DNA of 62,898 nucleotides, filler included, from Globobulimina sp. (lineage: Eukaryota), in the NCBI GenBank assembly GCA_003354225.1. It is 42 parts of 42 records of this genome, joined end to end, with 100 filler letters (N's around TTAATTAATTAA, not from the genome) between each part and the next. Parts side by side here need not be neighbours in the genome. Positions count along the whole stretch, not along the records: positions 48,009 to 49,407 come from PIVH01017304.1; positions 49,508 to 50,906 come from PIVH01017305.1; positions 51,007 to 52,405 come from PIVH01017306.1; positions 52,506 to 53,904 come from PIVH01017307.1; positions 54,005 to 55,403 come from PIVH01017308.1; positions 55,504 to 56,902 come from PIVH01017309.1; positions 57,003 to 58,401 come from PIVH01017310.1; positions 58,502 to 59,900 come from PIVH01017311.1; 34 more parts are not named here. One strand, 5' to 3'. Positions 48,316-60,608 of this stretch are shown in pieces (the first letter of the stretch is position 1; each line of letters begins with the position of its first letter). The notes below the pieces were generated by a model that saw only the letters and a list, made by a program, of their open reading frames with translations, did not search any database and was not told the DNA's origin. Both the position numbers and the translations under genes were made by a program.

Positions 48316-49344
48316 TCATTTTAATAATTTCAATTTCTTCCTTTCTTTTCTTCTTTTATTCCTCCTCAATTTACATTCATCGCATTGACATTTTATAGCA
48401 GTGCCATCCATTAATTTTATCCTCCTCCGATGCACATTGCCACTCTCATTTTTTCCATTTTTCTTTGGCATTTTTGCATAAATGATCATCGAATTATTTT
48501 TTTCATTATTTTCTCCATTTTGTTTAGCTTTCCTCTCATCCAATTTTCTTTGCAATTTCTGCCAAAATTGGTAGTGATCCAACAATAACAATATCGCAGC
48601 GAGACACAATGAAAACGAACTCGATGACAATTGAAAAACGCCATAACCGCTCCAATCGACACCCGCTGGGATTAAGACTAGAAAAAATATGATAACACAT
48701 ATCAACGACAACGAATAAAAAATACTGCTGACACAAATATGCTTATTTCGCTTGCGTTTCCTTGTTTTTTTTCGTTTTTTATATAAATATAAGCCCGACG
48801 CTATGCAATGTTGTACGAAGGCGATAATTAATAATATTTTGGTGCTGTTTGGCGCATAAAATCCATATATAATCCTGCTATAAATAGGAATGGCAGTCCT
48901 TGTAAATGAGAGATAGATATTTGCATTTTTGAAGGCAAAAAAGCTATTTACAATGGAACAAAAACTAAATATAACAATAAAAAATTTATTCGCAATGTCT
49001 GGCGCTAAAATAGCTGTTATACTCAATACAAATGCAAATATATTTTTGCATATTAAATATAATAATGGATATTCACTATAAATGCTCAGATAAAATGAGA
49101 CAAAAAACTCATTATTGTCCCGCAATACATAGCCATTCGTGATGCCATTGTCCTGTTTTAATAATTTTTTGCTATGCGTATAAGCATTGAAATACACATT
49201 TGAATGAATATCGATATTAATCACATTATTCACATCATTTTCGACCATATCATTCATGTCAAAGTCACCAATCTCTTTTACATTTTGTTTGTATACAATG
49301 TCGTATTCATTTATGTCATTATTCTCATTTGAATTCGCAAGCAT
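48316..49344 (-). CDS. Multi-pass membrane protein, 5'-partial
   Basis: Five or more hydrophobic helices and a basic tail. Confidence 0.55.
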   Translation of the reverse strand: MLANSNENNDINEYDIVYKQNVKEIGDFDMNDMVENDVNNVINIDIHSNVYFNAYTHSKKLLKQDNGITNGYVLRDNNEFFVSFYLSIYSEYPLLYLICKNIFAFVLSITAILAPDIANKFFIVIFSFCSIVNSFFAFKNANIYLSFTRTAIPIYSRIIYGFYAPNSTKILLIIAFVQHCIASGLYLYKKRKKTRKRKRNKHICVSSIFYSLSLICVIIFFLVLIPAGVDWSGYGVFQLSSSSFSLCLAAILLLLDHYQFWQKLQRKLDERKAKQNGENNEKNNSMIIYAKMPKKNGKNESGNVHRRRIKLMDGTAIKCQCDECKLRRNKRRKERKKLKLLK

Positions 49345-49678
49345 TTCATCTCGAAATTTATAGATTTCGGCATAATTAAAATTGTATAATATCTCAGGAT
49401 TTATGTCNNNNNNNNNNNNNNNNNNNNNNNNNNNNNNNNNNNNNNNNNNNNTTAATTAATTAANNNNNNNNNNNNNNNNNNNNNNNNNNNNNNNNNNNNN
49501 NNNNNNNAATGCTTCGTGGAGTATATTTCTCTTAAATTTGGGAGTAATTTACCTTCAGCTACGATGTCTGTGTATGTTCTATTTCTATTCATCAACATTA
49601 AGGGGAGAAAGTATACAGCGTTTAAAGATATACTCCCCCGAAAAATGTATATGACATCCACTGGGCCAGAATGCATTT

Positions 49679-50359
49679 TTATTGTACAAAAATTACTTGT
49701 TTTGAGACTATTTTGGGTGAATTTTGATACGAATCAACGGCAAATCCAATTAAATGCGTAACAGTCACTTTATTCGTATCACATTCACCATCCATATTCC
49801 TTCCAGTTATTAAATGTCCATTGCTGGAAACTTGTTTGTGTGCTAGAAACTGAGTACATTCACTATATTCTGCAGTTGCGCTTAAATATGGACCATTTTG
49901 CATGCTTTGTGCATCAGCGTAGCCATTCAATGTCTTTATATCATTGATTGTTATATTTCTATTTAATGATGGTATTGATAGGGATTTTTTTGATGATAGC
50001 ATGCCTGAGATAATACCATTCATTTCATCAATAGCAGTTTGAGGAAATGTCATATTCGCAGCAAGAAACGAAGCAAACTGTAGATATTGACTGGTATTGC
50101 CATGATACTGTGTCTGTATCATATAAAATTCAATCCAATCTATTATCTGTGTGGCTAATAAATGGCCATGAGCTATTCCTCGTTGTTGTGGTGAACCCCA
50201 TAAATGGAGTCCAAATGTTGTGGTTGTTCTACCGTTATTCGACTCAATTTGGAATAAACAGCCATTATCTGTTGAACCTGCTATTGGCGGAGTTGGCTCG
50301 TAACCTAAGCTACGACCAATCATTATTGTTATTAATATTGCACTAAAAAAGGAAACCAT
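49679..50359 (-). CDS. Secreted Ntn-hydrolase (peptidase C45 / acid ceramidase-like) N-terminal part
   Basis: Signal peptide, LWGSPQQRGIAHGHLL, DEMNGI, nucleophile Cys in ECTQF, GRNMD. Confidence 0.78.
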   Translation of the reverse strand: MVSFFSAILITIMIGRSLGYEPTPPIAGSTDNGCLFQIESNNGRTTTTFGLHLWGSPQQRGIAHGHLLATQIIDWIEFYMIQTQYHGNTSQYLQFASFLAANMTFPQTAIDEMNGIISGMLSSKKSLSIPSLNRNITINDIKTLNGYADAQSMQNGPYLSATAEYSECTQFLAHKQVSSNGHLITGRNMDGECDTNKVTVTHLIGFAVDSYQNSPKIVSKQVIFVQ

Positions 50360-50465
50360 GCTGTTCGCTTTCCGAAAATTGTTTAATTATATTATTTTGT
50401 CAAGAGATATTTAAACTTATTATAAATTAATTAGAGTCAAAAATTAAGTTATCAATAAATGATTA

Positions 50466-50906
50466 TTATTCACTTTCCATTTCATCAAAATGTTGCGGAC
50501 AAAAATGTGTTTTAATTAATCCACAGAGTGTTGAGGATCCGGACAATTCCCATTTATTACATTTTCCACATGCTATTTGTTCACAATATCGGACTGAACA
50601 TTTCTCAAATCCTTTATTATAATGTTTACATTTTGGGTGTTTGATTGCTACAAAATCAGAACAAAAATCACATTCGAATGATAAATATCTTCCACTTTCT
50701 GCATCATCATAACATAAATAACAAACATCTTTAGCACATTCACGGCAATAAATATAACAATCATTACATGTTAATTTATCACATTCTGTACATTTCGTAT
50801 CCCAATCAGATGTATGACAATAATCGCGATATATATCCTCGTTTCTGTCACAAATTTTAATTATTTTTAAACATATTTCACATTTTTTAATACAATTTGG
50901 ATCCAA
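50466..50906 (-). CDS. Cys-rich CxxC repeat protein C-terminus
   Basis: Many CxxC pairs. Confidence 0.5.
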   Translation of the reverse strand: MDPNCIKKCEICLKIIKICDRNEDIYRDYCHTSDWDTKCTECDKLTCNDCYIYCRECAKDVCYLCYDDAESGRYLSFECDFCSDFVAIKHPKCKHYNKGFEKCSVRYCEQIACGKCNKWELSGSSTLCGLIKTHFCPQHFDEMESE

Positions 50907-51006
50907 NNNNNNNNNNNNNNNNNNNNNNNNNNNNNNNNNNNNNNNNNNNNTTAATTAATTAANNNNNNNNNNNNNNNNNNNNNNNNNNNNNNNNNNNNNN
51001 NNNNNN

Positions 51007-51696
51007 AAATCGACAAAAAAACGATTTTCAGCAAAAGACGCGTTGTCTCACGAATGGATCATTGATTATGAAAATAAAGCAAATGATGTTAATATTTTGG
51101 ATAAAATTAAATTATTTTTAAAAAATTTTAATTATAATAATAAATTGCATAAAATTTTAGTAAATGCGTGTTTGGAAGAAATTAATGAGAATGAAAAAAA
51201 AATCATAATCAAAGCATTTCATAATATTGATACGGAAAGAAAAGGAAATATTTCTGAATCAGATTTATGTAAATATTTAATATTAAATAGTAATATTAAT
51301 AAACAATATGGTAAAAATAATGCGCAGCAACATGCCAAACATATATTTGATGTTATTGAAAATCAAACAAATATTGGTCCACAAATTACAAAATCAAAAT
51401 CTATTCCAATACAGGAATTTGTTAAAAATATATCTGACAAACAAAGCAATTTTCAAAAATATATTGATTCCGATTCTGATTCACAAGAATTGGAAATGAA
51501 GAATGATAATTATGATATTACAGTTTCTGCATTTAAAGAAATTATGAAAAAATCACAGAAGAAATATCCGGTTGATAATATTGTTCATGATTTAGATCCA
51601 AAAGGGACTGGATATATTTCATTTCAATCTATTTCTAAATTCTCAAAAACAATTCAAACAATTTCATACGACGGACTCGATGAAAATGATGACTGA
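51007..51696 (+). CDS. CDPK-like junction and degenerate EF-hand C-terminus
   Basis: HEWI..LKNF...NKL.K; FHNIDTERKGNISESDL; LDPKGTGYISF. Confidence 0.7.
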   Translation, partial: KSTKKRFSAKDALSHEWIIDYENKANDVNILDKIKLFLKNFNYNNKLHKILVNACLEEINENEKKIIIKAFHNIDTERKGNISESDLCKYLILNSNINKQYGKNNAQQHAKHIFDVIENQTNIGPQITKSKSIPIQEFVKNISDKQSNFQKYIDSDSDSQELEMKNDNYDITVSAFKEIMKKSQKKYPVDNIVHDLDPKGTGYISFQSISKFSKTIQTISYDGLDENDD

Positions 51697-51927
51697 TGGT
51701 AATAAATAATTGTATTATATAACGCCATACTCTCAATTTGCTCCTTGTTTTCTCCTATCCGTACTGTGCAAGCCTGCCTCCATTGAACCAGCAAAATAAA
51801 TCTCAAAAATAATAATAAATAATCTCAAAAATATAGATACAGTTACAACGGTAAAAAAAAAGTAGAGTAAGAATTTTAGTAAGTTAATGATCATAAAAAG
51901 TAAACTCGAGTCACAATGAAATTTAAT

Positions 51928-52405
51928 TCATTTCAATTTGGTGTGTTTCTGCGCAATGTGGGATAATAATTTTTCATCCAAATATGGATTCTTTTCATTT
52001 TTTTCTTCATCAGCATGCAAAACAGCTTTTTTCCGCGATGAGCAACTCCACATTTTGGATTGCGACGTTATCGACGCTTCAAAAACATTTTCAATATGTT
52101 TGTAATTTTTATGGTTTCGAAATATTTCCCGAAATGGCTCAAATATGTCGCCATTTATGTAATCATTTTCGACGATATTCACCAAGTACCAATTATCCAC
52201 AATCTCCTGTATCAACTCATACGACCTCTCGTTTTGGCCATAGATGGACTGCCACATCGTGGTCCACAGCGAAAAGGCCTCATCCTTCCACGCGATGAAC
52301 GACTGCGGATCGACGATGGTCGGCTGCAATATCTCGCAGTTGGCAAACACGCCCCACGTCACTGCGTTCACCGCATTCAAACTCGACACGTTGGTCAGCC
52401 AATTG
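51928..52405 (-). CDS. MTHFR: Methylenetetrahydrofolate reductase C-terminal regulatory domain, 5'-partial
   Basis: NAVTWGVF..EILQPTIVDPQSFIAWKDEAFSLW..YLVNIVEND. Confidence 0.92.
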
Positions 52406-52513
52406 NNNNNNNNNNNNNNNNNNNNNNNNNNNNNNNNNNNNNNNNNNNNTTAATTAATTAANNNNNNNNNNNNNNNNNNNNNNNNNNNNNNNNNNNNNNN
52501 NNNNNAATTGCTG

Positions 52514-52682
52514 TTGAATGTTTATATTAGAAGTTGAATGTCACATATGTTGAATGCAGAATGTTAATTATATTGAATGTGTTGACTGTTTGAAATATTA
52601 ATGTTAACTATAAAATGTTGAATGTTGAATATTGAATGTTGAATGTTAAATGTTGAATGTTGACTGTTAAATGTAGACTGTT
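52514..52682. repeat. Degenerate heptamer repeat (TGTTGAA)n
   Basis: Tandem TGTTGAA/TGTTAAA units, most regular at about 52615-52670. Confidence 0.85.
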
Positions 52683-54199
52683 AATCATCAGCACAAAAAT
52701 AACATATATGGCACATAGACAAGCATGCTAAATTTCCGTACATTCTGTACAATGTTTGATTCTTAACTTTTGAAATACGATTAACGCCAAAAAGTCATAC
52801 TCAAACAAAACAGAACGAAAACTGTGGACCATGGAAAAGCAGAACTTTAAGGCAAAACAACACAAAGACTGAGAGACAGGAACATAACAAACATTAATTT
52901 TCCGTTAGCCTCACGGCGTCAAAATGCTCTTCCGTTCCAGGCTTGAACACAGCACACATCTATCTTCCGTTCGCGCGATCCGGCATCAAAATGAACACTT
53001 CACTATTCAAGCATTTCTAACAAACTTTGTATCATTTGACTGAAAAGAAGGGAACATACATAAACATTCATGCCCGGCCGGAACAAAATGTCTAATAACA
53101 TTCATTGCAACATCAGGTCCAAACTGCTTGACTAACTTGTATACTGGATTACAATAATGCTGATCTTCTCCATAAGCAGGTCGACTTATAGAGGCTGTTA
53201 GAATAAAAGTCATGCAACATTTAGTCGACAAACAAAAGGACAATAACACGAAGCAAATCGAGAATTACTAAGAACATATAGTTGCCGATGATCTGAAATC
53301 AAATTATAATTTAAATTACACACTACTATTACTATTGTTACTAAAATACCACACTACTATATCTTTTCAAAATGATGTAACTTACTAAATATAAACTGAA
53401 CGTTAGTCGGTCCAGTAACCCGTATATATCGATGTCATTTTACAAAATGTAATATAATCTTTAAAGCGAGTGATAACAAATTATTAGACACATTATCACT
53501 ATTTACAATCAGATTACTATCACCACTTTTCTTCCTTTGCTGTCCGGTACCATTCAGTTGTCTTTGTATGTCATGAAAGGCGCTGTTTTGACCAGTATCC
53601 GACTCGTAATCTGAATCTTTGTCTTCCATGTTATTATCAATTCTTACCAATGGTACCTTTAATCGTGATATCTCTGGATGAACCATTACTGTCTTCTTGG
53701 ATGTTCCTTCCTCCCCTTCTTGTTCAAATCCAAAACCAATACCATCCGGTTGATCTTTTACACAGTCAGGCCACATTTCAGCTACAGGATCAACAACTCC
53801 ATTGAAAACTTCAGGTCTAACATATTCAGGAGCCTCAAGGTCGACATTGAAGTCCAAGTCTGGTACTATGTTAGGGAAATACCATAGCTTAATATGATTG
53901 ACATNNNNNNNNNNNNNNNNNNNNNNNNNNNNNNNNNNNNNNNNNNNNTTAATTAATTAANNNNNNNNNNNNNNNNNNNNNNNNNNNNNNNNNNNNNNNN
54001 NNNNGAATTTTTGGATATGTATATCTTGATAGATGTTCCAAAGGGACGTGAATCACTTTTTAGAACGCTTGCAGCTAAAGCCCTTCGGTAGTAAACAAAG
54101 AGGGTTTTTCGAATGTTTAACCTCCGAACTTAGTTAGTCTTTCTCTAATCTATTTAAGTGCTTTATGCCAAATATTCAGATAGTAGTGGTACAAAATTC

Positions 54200-54760
54200 A
54201 ATCGGGTTGTAAGTCCGATTCCAGACTCACGGATTGCTGGAACATCCCCGTGATATTATAAAGGGATCCATGGCTGGATCCAGGTTGTATTTTGCGAACT
54301 GGGCAGAGTTTGAGTCAGAGATCATAAGATTGCTGTTATTGGGATGTAGTCTTCCAACGAATGCTAAGCGGTCTGTTATTAAGTTGTAGATTTGTTGTCT
54401 GGGCTTTGTATTATCTGCGCGTCTATAATGTGTTTCTGTGTTTTTCGGAATAAGTGCGCGTAGGTTAACTTATTAATATTTGAGGGAGTGACAATTAAGG
54501 AGACAAAGTTGAAAGTTGGTCATAGAATCGGTGAATAGTATCAGGCGTCGATTGGCATAGCAGCTCTCCATGCTGGCAAAGCAATGCATGTTATCGTGGT
54601 TTCTGATCGCAATCCCATTGCCAGTACGGTTATTTTCACTGGAAGAATCTGTGGAAATTAGTATATCAGACACAGAGGGTCTTATTTTGTGGCGGTAATT
54701 GTACCAATCTTGTATGGAATCGTTGCGAATGTGATGGATAATGTGCTTATCATATATCGG
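54200..54760 (-). mobile_element. Degenerate RNase H domain remnant, probably from a non-LTR element
   Basis: ILISTDSS..RTGNGI and LILFTDS motifs, with the intervening Glu helix missing and stops downstream. Confidence 0.55.
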
Positions 54761-54819
54761 ACTTGTTGTGTTTATGGAGCAGAGTCAGCAGACTAAGCCG
54801 AGTCAGCAGACTCTTGTTA

Positions 54820-55278
54820 ATGTCGCATGGTGAGCATGTCAGAGAACAGTTGTTAATATTTGGATTTATTCGTGAAATCCAGCCATCAATAAACAAAAAT
54901 GACCCAATTCCACTGTGTATTATAGAATTCTACTGCAATGTACATAAAATATTTGCACACAATGAATCTCAATTTTATATGGTGAATATACACCAAAATG
55001 GAATTGCCAATGTATTAATGCCAAATGAGAAGAGTAGAAACTTGATGAAAGAAAGCAAATATCAGTTATCTTCATCATGGTGTTATATTCCACATATCAG
55101 AGCAAAGTATGATGCATTTATTGGTGGCATAAGTAAAGGTGAAGATTATCCAAACAATTCAACAGAAAATCCGTGTATTGTGTTGTTTAAAACTGACGAT
55201 GATAGTAAATTTATTGCAAAACGCAACTTATTATTTAATAATCGACAGAAACGAAAACTTAAAAAGCAAAAATATTAA
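54820..55278 (+). CDS. Hypothetical protein with LLIFGFIR...IP...FY motif
   Basis: ORF starting MSHGE; motif shared with other ORFs in the window. Confidence 0.5.
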   Translation: MSHGEHVREQLLIFGFIREIQPSINKNDPIPLCIIEFYCNVHKIFAHNESQFYMVNIHQNGIANVLMPNEKSRNLMKESKYQLSSSWCYIPHIRAKYDAFIGGISKGEDYPNNSTENPCIVLFKTDDDSKFIAKRNLLFNNRQKRKLKKQKY

Positions 55279-55503
55279 AATTGACATCGATGGACATTAC
55301 ACAGAGCAAACCATTGTATTTGAAGCAGAGAAGGAATTATAATGAGGAGATACAAAATTATGAATGGAAAATAAGCGGGAATCAGTTGTTGAAATTCAAA
55401 AATNNNNNNNNNNNNNNNNNNNNNNNNNNNNNNNNNNNNNNNNNNNNTTAATTAATTAANNNNNNNNNNNNNNNNNNNNNNNNNNNNNNNNNNNNNNNNN
55501 NNN

Positions 55504-56902
55504 ATAATGATACATTTTGATTGTTTGCCGGCAAATGTCATATTATTTAACAATATCGAATTCGTAGTTTGCTCCAAACCGATAATAATGTATTTATTTT
55601 CTGCTTTTTCCTTTTTTAAATATGCAATTAATTTATTTCTCGCTATTTCTTTGATTGGCAGCCATTGTTCGGACGAAACACTTAATTTTTTAAAATCCTC
55701 TCTGTTCAGCACTCTCTTGTCGTGAACCACCATCTTTTTGACCCCAAATATCTCGCAAGTCCTACAGATTCCGCCTACATTGGTTGCTTTCTCCAACAAC
55801 GAGGCCACAACAATAACATCACCAAATAACTTGCGTCTGTTCGTTTTTATCTCTTTCTCCAAAGCCAACTGTTCCACTTCCAACAATTTAGTGTAATCCG
55901 CAATGAATGGATCCAATTTGCGTTGGTACGCTATCAATGTCTTATTTTCATTGCCACCCTCTTTCTCATCCTCTTTCTCAATGTTATAATATCGGAACGT
56001 GGCCACCAACACATTCGACAATGCCTCGGTTAATTGTTCCGTAAACGAGACGAAACCCGCTCTGTTTTTTATTAACCACACAATTTCATTAATTGTTTTA
56101 TTGTTTGTTAATAGCGGATATTTATCAAAAATTCTTTCAACAATTTTGTCCTGAAAGGCTTCCGTTGCTTTATTTGTTTTATTTTGACTGATTCTCAGCT
56201 GTTTGCTCAACAAATCATCACTTTCATGCTGTTTATGTTCCGCTTCCTCTCCTTCTTCGGATTCTTGTTTAAATATCATTTGATTACATTTTTCTAACCA
56301 TCGATAACATTTTGATAATCTTTTACGTAATTTGATGGAATCTGGCAACGTTGATATATCATTGTATAATTCAATAATAATTGGATCTAATTTGGATTTA
56401 TAATTTGCATCGATTGACATTAAATTTCCAACTGCAAAATAAAAGAAATATTGACTTGTTGTTCGAAGCAAACCGTAATTATTTGTCAAGTACGGCGCTA
56501 AAATATATATTATATTTTTCAAGGTGTCGCATAAGAATTGTTTAGAAATAGAATCCGTTGCTGTTGACAGCGATGATTCGTATTTGATGACTAATTTATT
56601 GGCAGTATCACCCAAAGCATACATGAGCCAAACGTGCGTATTTGGTTTGCGATTAATTATTTTGTGTTTCTTATATAAACAATTTATATGTTTCGGTGTT
56701 TGTAAAATGATTCGAATTATGCTTAATGTCATCCATTGTCTTTGATTCGATGATATTTTCCGATCGTTATAACATACATTGCACAAAAATGCCAATATCT
56801 TAGCAATTCTGGCATCGCTAACTCCATATTCATTGCTCATAAATTGGGACAAATGCCAGAATATACTCCATGTTTTCTGATGTATAACGTCTAAATAATT
56901 CA
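55504..56902 (-). CDS. TARBP1: tRNA Gm18 2'-O-methyltransferase (Trm3/TARBP1), internal fragment
   Basis: VVASLLEKATNVGGICRTCEIFG, LSVSSEQWLP, IIGLEQTTNS after a long helical region. Confidence 0.9.
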
Positions 56903-57065
56903 NNNNNNNNNNNNNNNNNNNNNNNNNNNNNNNNNNNNNNNNNNNNTTAATTAATTAANNNNNNNNNNNNNNNNNNNNNNNNNNNNNNNNNNNNNNNNNN
57001 NNTCAATTGCGCTGAAAAAAAAACTGCTTTCACTTTATATAATAGGATATCATAGTATTTATAAA

Positions 57066-57635
57066 CTAGAATTTAGCATTGTCATATTGTTCGCATAATT
57101 TTTCAATTTCAACATCAATGCGTGCAGCAACTATAAAATCAGCGGACCTCAAACCATCCAATTTGAATGAATATAAATCCACTTTTACCATTGTATGCCC
57201 TTTTACATTTATATCAGGATGGTAATGGGATTGATCTGCCACTTCAAAAATTAGATTACAAATATCTTTCACTTCATCTATTGTTTCCACATGAAATTCC
57301 CGAATTAAATGCCATTTATCATCAATGTTATGAACTTCCCAATTATCATGCAATACATCCGCATATTTTTCCATTTCTTGTTGAGAGGTCATTGATTCTT
57401 TGCTTTTACAATTTATTCGCTGTCTAAGTAATTGTGCTCGTCGCGTAAAGTCAAAATCTTCACTCACAGAGGACGTCCACCCAATATCATTAGGACATGC
57501 ATCACCACTCTCAGTTGTCATAAATGCAGAACCAAACACAGTAAATGCTGACGACAATCCAACCACATTCCTCACCTGTCTTGCTGCAGTTGTTGATGCA
57601 ACAGATTTGCATCGACTCACAAAAGCTCTAAACAT
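57066..57635 (-). CDS. PCBD: Pterin-4a-carbinolamine dehydratase with mitochondrial-type presequence
   Basis: W....LIREF, ADQSHYHPDI, DGLRSADFIVAARID; R/S/A-rich N-terminus. Confidence 0.82.
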   Translation of the reverse strand: MFRAFVSRCKSVASTTAARQVRNVVGLSSAFTVFGSAFMTTESGDACPNDIGWTSSVSEDFDFTRRAQLLRQRINCKSKESMTSQQEMEKYADVLHDNWEVHNIDDKWHLIREFHVETIDEVKDICNLIFEVADQSHYHPDINVKGHTMVKVDLYSFKLDGLRSADFIVAARIDVEIEKLCEQYDNAKF

Positions 57636-57685
57636 TCCTATTATGTGAACTTAAACTTAAAAAGTTTTTTGAAACTGAAAAGTAT

Positions 57686-58222
57686 TTAAATATTAGACCT
57701 ATAAAAATATTTAGTTTTACGTTTTTTATTCCTTTCAACAAGATCCTTTTTGTTCCGTTCCTTTGGCACTTTTTTTGCAACCATTTCATTGTATGTCTCC
57801 ATTTGCGCTGAATCATAAATCATATATATTGGCATCGTAATTGGTGCAGTACCGGCAGCTATCCCTCCTATGACAGCACCTATGCTCGATATCAATATAA
57901 CTCTCGATAAGTGATAGGAGCCTCGAATTCCAGTATGCAGCACAGATATTTTACTGTGTTTTGGCAATGATGGTTCGTTCCAAATCTCGCCAATCTTTTG
58001 AAATCCAGAGAATATTCCACCACAAATAGCTCCACCGCATACAAATGCAATGTATGATTTACGCGCAGCTTTTTTTATTGTTTCCATTGAGATTGATGCA
58101 GCAGTATCATTGACGAATAATTCATTATTATCTGCCAATTTATTCGGAATATGATCCAACAATTTTGATAATCGTTTTGCAGTCATTCCTTGCACAGTTT
58201 TCCAGTCATTCAAAAATCTCAA
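57686..58222 (-). CDS. Hypothetical Gly-rich membrane protein
   Basis: Two Gly-rich hydrophobic segments. Confidence 0.4.
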   Translation of the reverse strand: MRFLNDWKTVQGMTAKRLSKLLDHIPNKLADNNELFVNDTAASISMETIKKAARKSYIAFVCGGAICGGIFSGFQKIGEIWNEPSLPKHSKISVLHTGIRGSYHLSRVILISSIGAVIGGIAAGTAPITMPIYMIYDSAQMETYNEMVAKKVPKERNKKDLVERNKKRKTKYFYRSNI

Positions 58223-58515
58223 TCTATCCTTGCACTGTTTTTGCAGTTATAAATAGTACAACAATTTTGATCTATTGATTGATAGAAAAAGGAAAGGAAA
58301 GGGAAAAAAAAGCTTTATAAAAATAAATAACATTTAACACAACAAACAAAGCACAAACAATGAGTGAACTCAATCATCTTCGCCAGCATTTTTGTCATAA
58401 ANNNNNNNNNNNNNNNNNNNNNNNNNNNNNNNNNNNNNNNNNNNNTTAATTAATTAANNNNNNNNNNNNNNNNNNNNNNNNNNNNNNNNNNNNNNNNNNN
58501 NAACACAAAAAAAAT

Positions 58516-58931
58516 GAATATACACATTTGAATTCATACTATATAGGTTTATGAACTCAAATAACACACAACAGAAAAGATTGTTGTTTAACAAAACACA
58601 AAAAAAAAATGAAAACCGAATCAGATGTAAATAGCTGCACAAATAAGGAAAAAAAGATGAACACGCTGTCAAAAATTGATCACACAACACAAACATTGAC
58701 AAAAACTAGATAGATTCAATACTGAAGTAAACAAAAACATGTACAAGTATCAAACCAGAGGAAAAGGAAAAGGAAAAGGGATATGGATAGACTGTCAGCA
58801 GCGAGGTGAGCACACAAAAAAATAAACAAAACACAAAACAATGATCATACACAAAAAATGATCATACACAAAAAAATCGAATATACACATTTGAATTCAT
58901 ACTATATGGGTTTATGAACTCAAATAACACA
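58516..58931. repeat. Direct duplication of about 53 bp (58516-58568 and 58879-58931) containing a hairpin
   Basis: GAATATACACATTTGAATTCATACTATAT(A/G)GGTTTATGAACTCAAATAACACA, one mismatch between copies. Confidence 0.9.
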
Positions 58932-59018
58932 CAGCAGAAAATACATATTAATTATTACATATACATATATTTGATTTACGATTGTAGCATAGGACAAGGA
59001 CCGTCATAAATTGTTGCC

Positions 59019-59900
59019 TTACATATTGAATATTTCTCGTGCCTCGGAATATTTCATGCTACGAAATGGTGCTGTTTTTTTTGCAAAATAAAATAATTCT
59101 TGAGCACTTCTCGGCTCCCTATGTTTTCTACATTTGAATTGCTTCCAAATACTTTCTGCATTTTTATTTTCTGTCAATGTTGTTTCATAATTATCAGCAA
59201 CCGGTACCGCTTTATCATACCGCCATTGTCCATCATGAATAACATTCCCCATCGCATCAGTTGCTTTGCCGAAGCCATGTCTGTCATCAGCAACAAATTG
59301 TCCTTCATAGTTGAAACCTTCATGCTGGAGATATCTACCAAAACCATCATATTTATCGTTTTTGAATCCACCTTCATAGACATCACTATTTGATATTGTT
59401 TTTTTGCCAAATCCATGTAGATGACTGTCTACACAATCTCCAATATATACAGTGCCATTTGCAAATACATGTGTGCCATAACCGTTAATTTTGCCAGTTT
59501 TCCAATCTCCTTCGTAGAAAGCACCCGTATCTTTCCAACAATGAACACCATGACCATGTTGTTGACCATATGCATTGACTTGGCCGTGATATATATCTCC
59601 ATTTGGATAGTTAATAACTTTATTATTAATGCGTTCAAGTTCTTTCTGCTTTGCCAAAAAGCGTCGATGTTTTTGTTGTTTGTCAGACTGTTGTTTTTTA
59701 AACCATTTCAGCTCTCTTTCCAGACAGCTACATTTGGGACAAATTGAACCATCACCTGCTTGTATACAGATATCACAGTGTTTTTGTTTTTGATTATTCT
59801 CAAATATTTCCCGAGCTTCTGAATAGTTCATGGTATGCTGTGGCTGTGATATCTTGGCAAAATCATGCAATTCCAAAGCACTTTGGGGTGCGGATCCATA
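59019..59900 (-). CDS. MORN repeat protein, 5'-partial
   Basis: About five YxGxW/F...HGxG repeats. Confidence 0.9.
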   Translation of the reverse strand, partial: YGSAPQSALELHDFAKISQPQHTMNYSEAREIFENNQKQKHCDICIQAGDGSICPKCSCLERELKWFKKQQSDKQQKHRRFLAKQKELERINNKVINYPNGDIYHGQVNAYGQQHGHGVHCWKDTGAFYEGDWKTGKINGYGTHVFANGTVYIGDCVDSHLHGFGKKTISNSDVYEGGFKNDKYDGFGRYLQHEGFNYEGQFVADDRHGFGKATDAMGNVIHDGQWRYDKAVPVADNYETTLTENKNAESIWKQFKCRKHREPRSAQELFYFAKKTAPFRSMKYSEAREIFNM

Positions 59901-60608
59901 NNNNNNNNNNNNNNNNNNNNNNNNNNNNNNNNNNNNNNNNNNNNTTAATTAATTAANNNNNNNNNNNNNNNNNNNNNNNNNNNNNNNNNNNNNNNNNNNN
60001 AAACAGATTGAATACAACAAACGATTTGAAAAAACGAAATATTTTATTAAAAATCTCAAATTTAGTGAATGATTCGTATGCGGGCAACAATGATTCGTAT
60101 CATCCAATTGATTATTTGATGGATCATATTTTTTTTGAATAATTACCATTAATTTTTTTAAACCAAATGATTTTATTTTTTTATGTTTGATGAATGCATA
60201 TTATATAACTCTTTAAATTGATCCACTGGCATTTTATCGACATTTTATATGCATCCTTCTTAATACCATACAATAACATATCAAACAATTATGCAAAATC
60301 AGCAAACTATCAAATCTCAGCAAAATATAGATTGAAGGAAATTTCTTGTTTCAGTAGTTTGAAAGGAATGGCTTTTTTGAGGTTTCGATTTTCGAAGATA
60401 TTTACATTTTTAACAAATTCAACAAAACAAAAGGGTAGATGCTATCGAAAATGGTAATATTACTTTCATCACTAAATTGTGAATCGATAAGTATTCATAC
60501 TTTTATGCTATAATTGCTATGTTTTGTGGCTTGGATTTGGCTCATGTACCTAGAAATAATTTATATCTTTAACCCTTTTAAACAGTCGAAACTTTTAAGA
60601 GTTTTAGT

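Noticed and set aside
43802-51696. CDPK kinase half (43802-44885) and EF-hand half (51007-51696) as one gene
   Set aside because: Separate contigs whose overlapping region differs (HDWIQHD versus HEWIIDY): paralogues
52514-52682. Telomeric repeat
   Set aside because: Degenerate heptamer, not a clean terminal tract, and not seen at other contig ends
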